The position numbers and the translations under genes were made by a program. Positions 62,699 through 64,000 of a stretch of DNA of 64,000 nucleotides are shown here, one piece after another. Each line of letters starts with the position of its first letter. Within the stretch, counting starts at the first letter, position 1. Source of the stretch: an uncultured bacterium (GTDB lineage: Bacteria > Myxococcota_A > Polyangia > Polyangiales > Houyiibacteriaceae); contig CALJDU010000036.1 in assembly GCA_938024995.1 (NCBI GenBank), positions 17,520 to 81,519 on the forward strand, read 5' to 3'. The notes beneath the pieces were generated by a model. That model searched no databases. It had not been told where the DNA came from and saw nothing but the letters and a program-made list of their open reading frames with translations.

Positions 62699-63632
62699 GC
62701 CTCGATGGATCGCCATGGTCTGTGCCGGACGCATCGCTCGCGGGCAGATCGTTCCGGTCTTCGGGCGCTGCGCTGACCGCGCGCTGGAGCTCGATGACGG
62801 CGCGGGCCTCGCGGACCTGACCCGGATCCAAAGAGTGTGCGCTCGCCTGGACGCGAGCGTTGAAGGCGGCGAGCTGCTCGTCAAAGGGGGCGCCCTCGAG
62901 CTGCGCGATGAGTGCGAGCTCGATCGCGTGACGAAGGGCCTGCTCAGCGTCCCTCGCGCGAACGCGTTTTTCGCGCTCTAGCGTAAAGAACCGAGGCGCT
63001 CGCGTCTGGAGTCGCCAGGTCGCGCCGAGCGAAAAGGGCGCGACAACCTCGGTCGGGATCGCGAATCCCGGAAAGCGCAGCGCGACGATCGCTTCGACGC
63101 GTGCGTCTCCCGTGACGTCCTCCAGCGCGAGGACGCATGGCTCCGCGTGTCGATCGGCCAGATCGAGCGGGACCGCTTGGGTCGCGCCGTCCGCGAGGAC
63201 ACGGACGAAGAGCAAGCACCTCCGCTCGTCGTCGGAGAGCGCGAGCGCGACCTCTTCGTGACCGTCCAGGTCGACGTCGTGTCCGCGTCCGCCGTCCAGA
63301 CTGAGCAGCGTGACGGCCTCGGCGGTGTGCCGATCGGAAGGCGCGTCGAGCGCGAACGCGATCCCGCGCGAGGTGATCACGCGGACCGCGCTGGTCTCGC
63401 CGCGCGCCGCGACGACGTGAAAGGTCTCGCCCGCGAGCGTCATGGCGGTGAGCCCGCGCGCTTCAAAGCGCGCGTGGATCGAGCGGGCCTCTTCGCCCCG
63501 GTCGCGCTCGAACGAGAGGTAGCTCAGCGGGTCTTCGAACGTACCCGAGGGCGACGACCCGCACGCGATGAGGAGCAGCAGCGCCGCGTAGGTTCGGTAC
63601 GGCGCGAGCGGGTCAGTGAATCGTGCGATCAC
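62667..63632 (-). CDS. lipoprotein of unknown function
   Basis: GTG 63632 gives MIARFTDPLAPYRTYAALLLLIACGSS (lipobox). It overlaps the upstream gene end. The ORF-track start at 63929 lies inside the upstream gene. Confidence 0.6.
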   Translation of the reverse strand: MIARFTDPLAPYRTYAALLLLIACGSSPSGTFEDPLSYLSFERDRGEEARSIHARFEARGLTAMTLAGETFHVVAARGETSAVRVITSRGIAFALDAPSDRHTAEAVTLLSLDGGRGHDVDLDGHEEVALALSDDERRCLLFVRVLADGATQAVPLDLADRHAEPCVLALEDVTGDARVEAIVALRFPGFAIPTEVVAPFSLGATWRLQTRAPRFFTLEREKRVRARDAEQALRHAIELALIAQLEGAPFDEQLAAFNARVQASAHSLDPGQVREARAVIELQRAVSAAPEDRNDLPASDASGTDHGDPSRLRASPASAPR

Positions 63633-64000
63633 GATCCGCGGACACCGGGAGGATGGGTGCCCAGGTGAGGCGCGCGAGCAGGTCGTCCTTGATCTTGACG
63701 CCGCGGTCACTGAAGAAGAGGGAGTTCTCTTCGCTCCCTTCGCGCCGCTCGGCGATGAAGAGGATCGCCGCGCCGGTTCGGTCGTACCCAAGCTGCACGA
63801 TCGCGTTCTTAATCCAGCGCCCACCGCCGTCGAGGTCCATGGTCTCCGGAAGCGAGTAGAAGCCCTCCGCGCGGAGCGGCTTGAGGGTCTGTCCCCAGCT
63901 CGCATCCGTGAGCGGAACCGTCGGCTCACTCCAGAACCATCGGTTCTTCACGTTTTGCTGCGGGTGCACGACGAACATGTCGTCGCCGCGCTTTCCAACG
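63613..64000 (-). CDS. hypothetical protein; 5' end probably runs off the window
   Basis: The frame stays open upstream of ATG 63978 to nt 63999 (..VGKRGDDMFVVHPQQN..). No family recognised. Confidence 0.5.
   Translation of the reverse strand, partial: VGKRGDDMFVVHPQQNVKNRWFWSEPTVPLTDASWGQTLKPLRAEGFYSLPETMDLDGGGRWIKNAIVQLGYDRTGAAILFIAERREGSEENSLFFSDRGVKIKDDLLARLTWAPILPVSADRDRTIH

Noticed and set aside
1-64000. Searched by eye for mobile elements, prophage genes, integrases, toxin-antitoxin pairs, restriction-modification or other defence-system hallmarks (nucleases, helicases, methyltransferases, reverse transcriptases).
   Set aside because: None recognised. The only RNA-repair-type enzyme is RtcB (reported as a finding). 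The window looks like core chromosome rather than an island.

Overview
This 64-kb window is a very GC-rich chromosomal segment, roughly two-thirds G+C by eye (not computed). The high GC explains the many long antisense shadow ORFs in the six-frame track. Gene content suggests a myxobacterium (Myxococcota), but that is an inference, not a database result. The cues are a gspC-N type II secretion locus with a PilM-like GspL, an RpoH-box sigma factor, many lipobox and Cys-rich secreted proteins, a PP2C/cNMP signalling protein, and an HprK-RapZ-HPr-EI cluster.

I support about 60 protein genes. I recognised no rRNA, tRNA, CRISPR array, transposase, integrase or prophage.

Layout:
- 2-979: partial radical-SAM gene.
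- 1250-16041: complete, translationally coupled T2SS locus, gspC-D-E-F, a GspG-like gene, gspG, a tandem gspG paralogue, then gspH-N.
- 16319-18714: ArsC/Spx-family gene divergent from an RpoH-like sigma factor, followed by rsmI.
- 18774-31629: secreted lipoproteins, an outer-membrane barrel, a PP2C-cNMP phosphatase and two coupled metallophosphoesterases.
- 31646-36102: housekeeping-type enzymes (MBL hydrolase, SDR, gor).
- 36224-43694: further lipoproteins and a membrane-anchored S1 protease.
- 43772-45273: short RtcB RNA ligase translationally coupled to a small RbfA-like ORF.
- 50151-54044: hprK-rapZ-ptsH-ptsI.
- 54041-59100: five-gene minus-strand operon (M23 peptidase, TIGR02757-like, metallophosphoesterase, Zn-ribbon-like protein, Cys-less thioredoxin-fold lipoprotein).
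- 59178-62698: plsB, smpB and a small coupled ORF.

Most interesting observations:
- The RbfA-like/RtcB pair, a possible rRNA-repair module.
- Three GspG-fold genes of which only one has a canonical class III signal. This includes a ~90% identical 240-bp tandem duplication with a replaced N-terminus.
- A family of hairpin-rich intergenic repeats sitting directly after stop codons in convergent gaps.
- A near-consensus sigma-54 -24/-12 element with an upstream palindrome in front of gspC.
- A modular protein with roughly 13% cysteine.

All family assignments come from motif recognition by eye. No alignments or searches were run.
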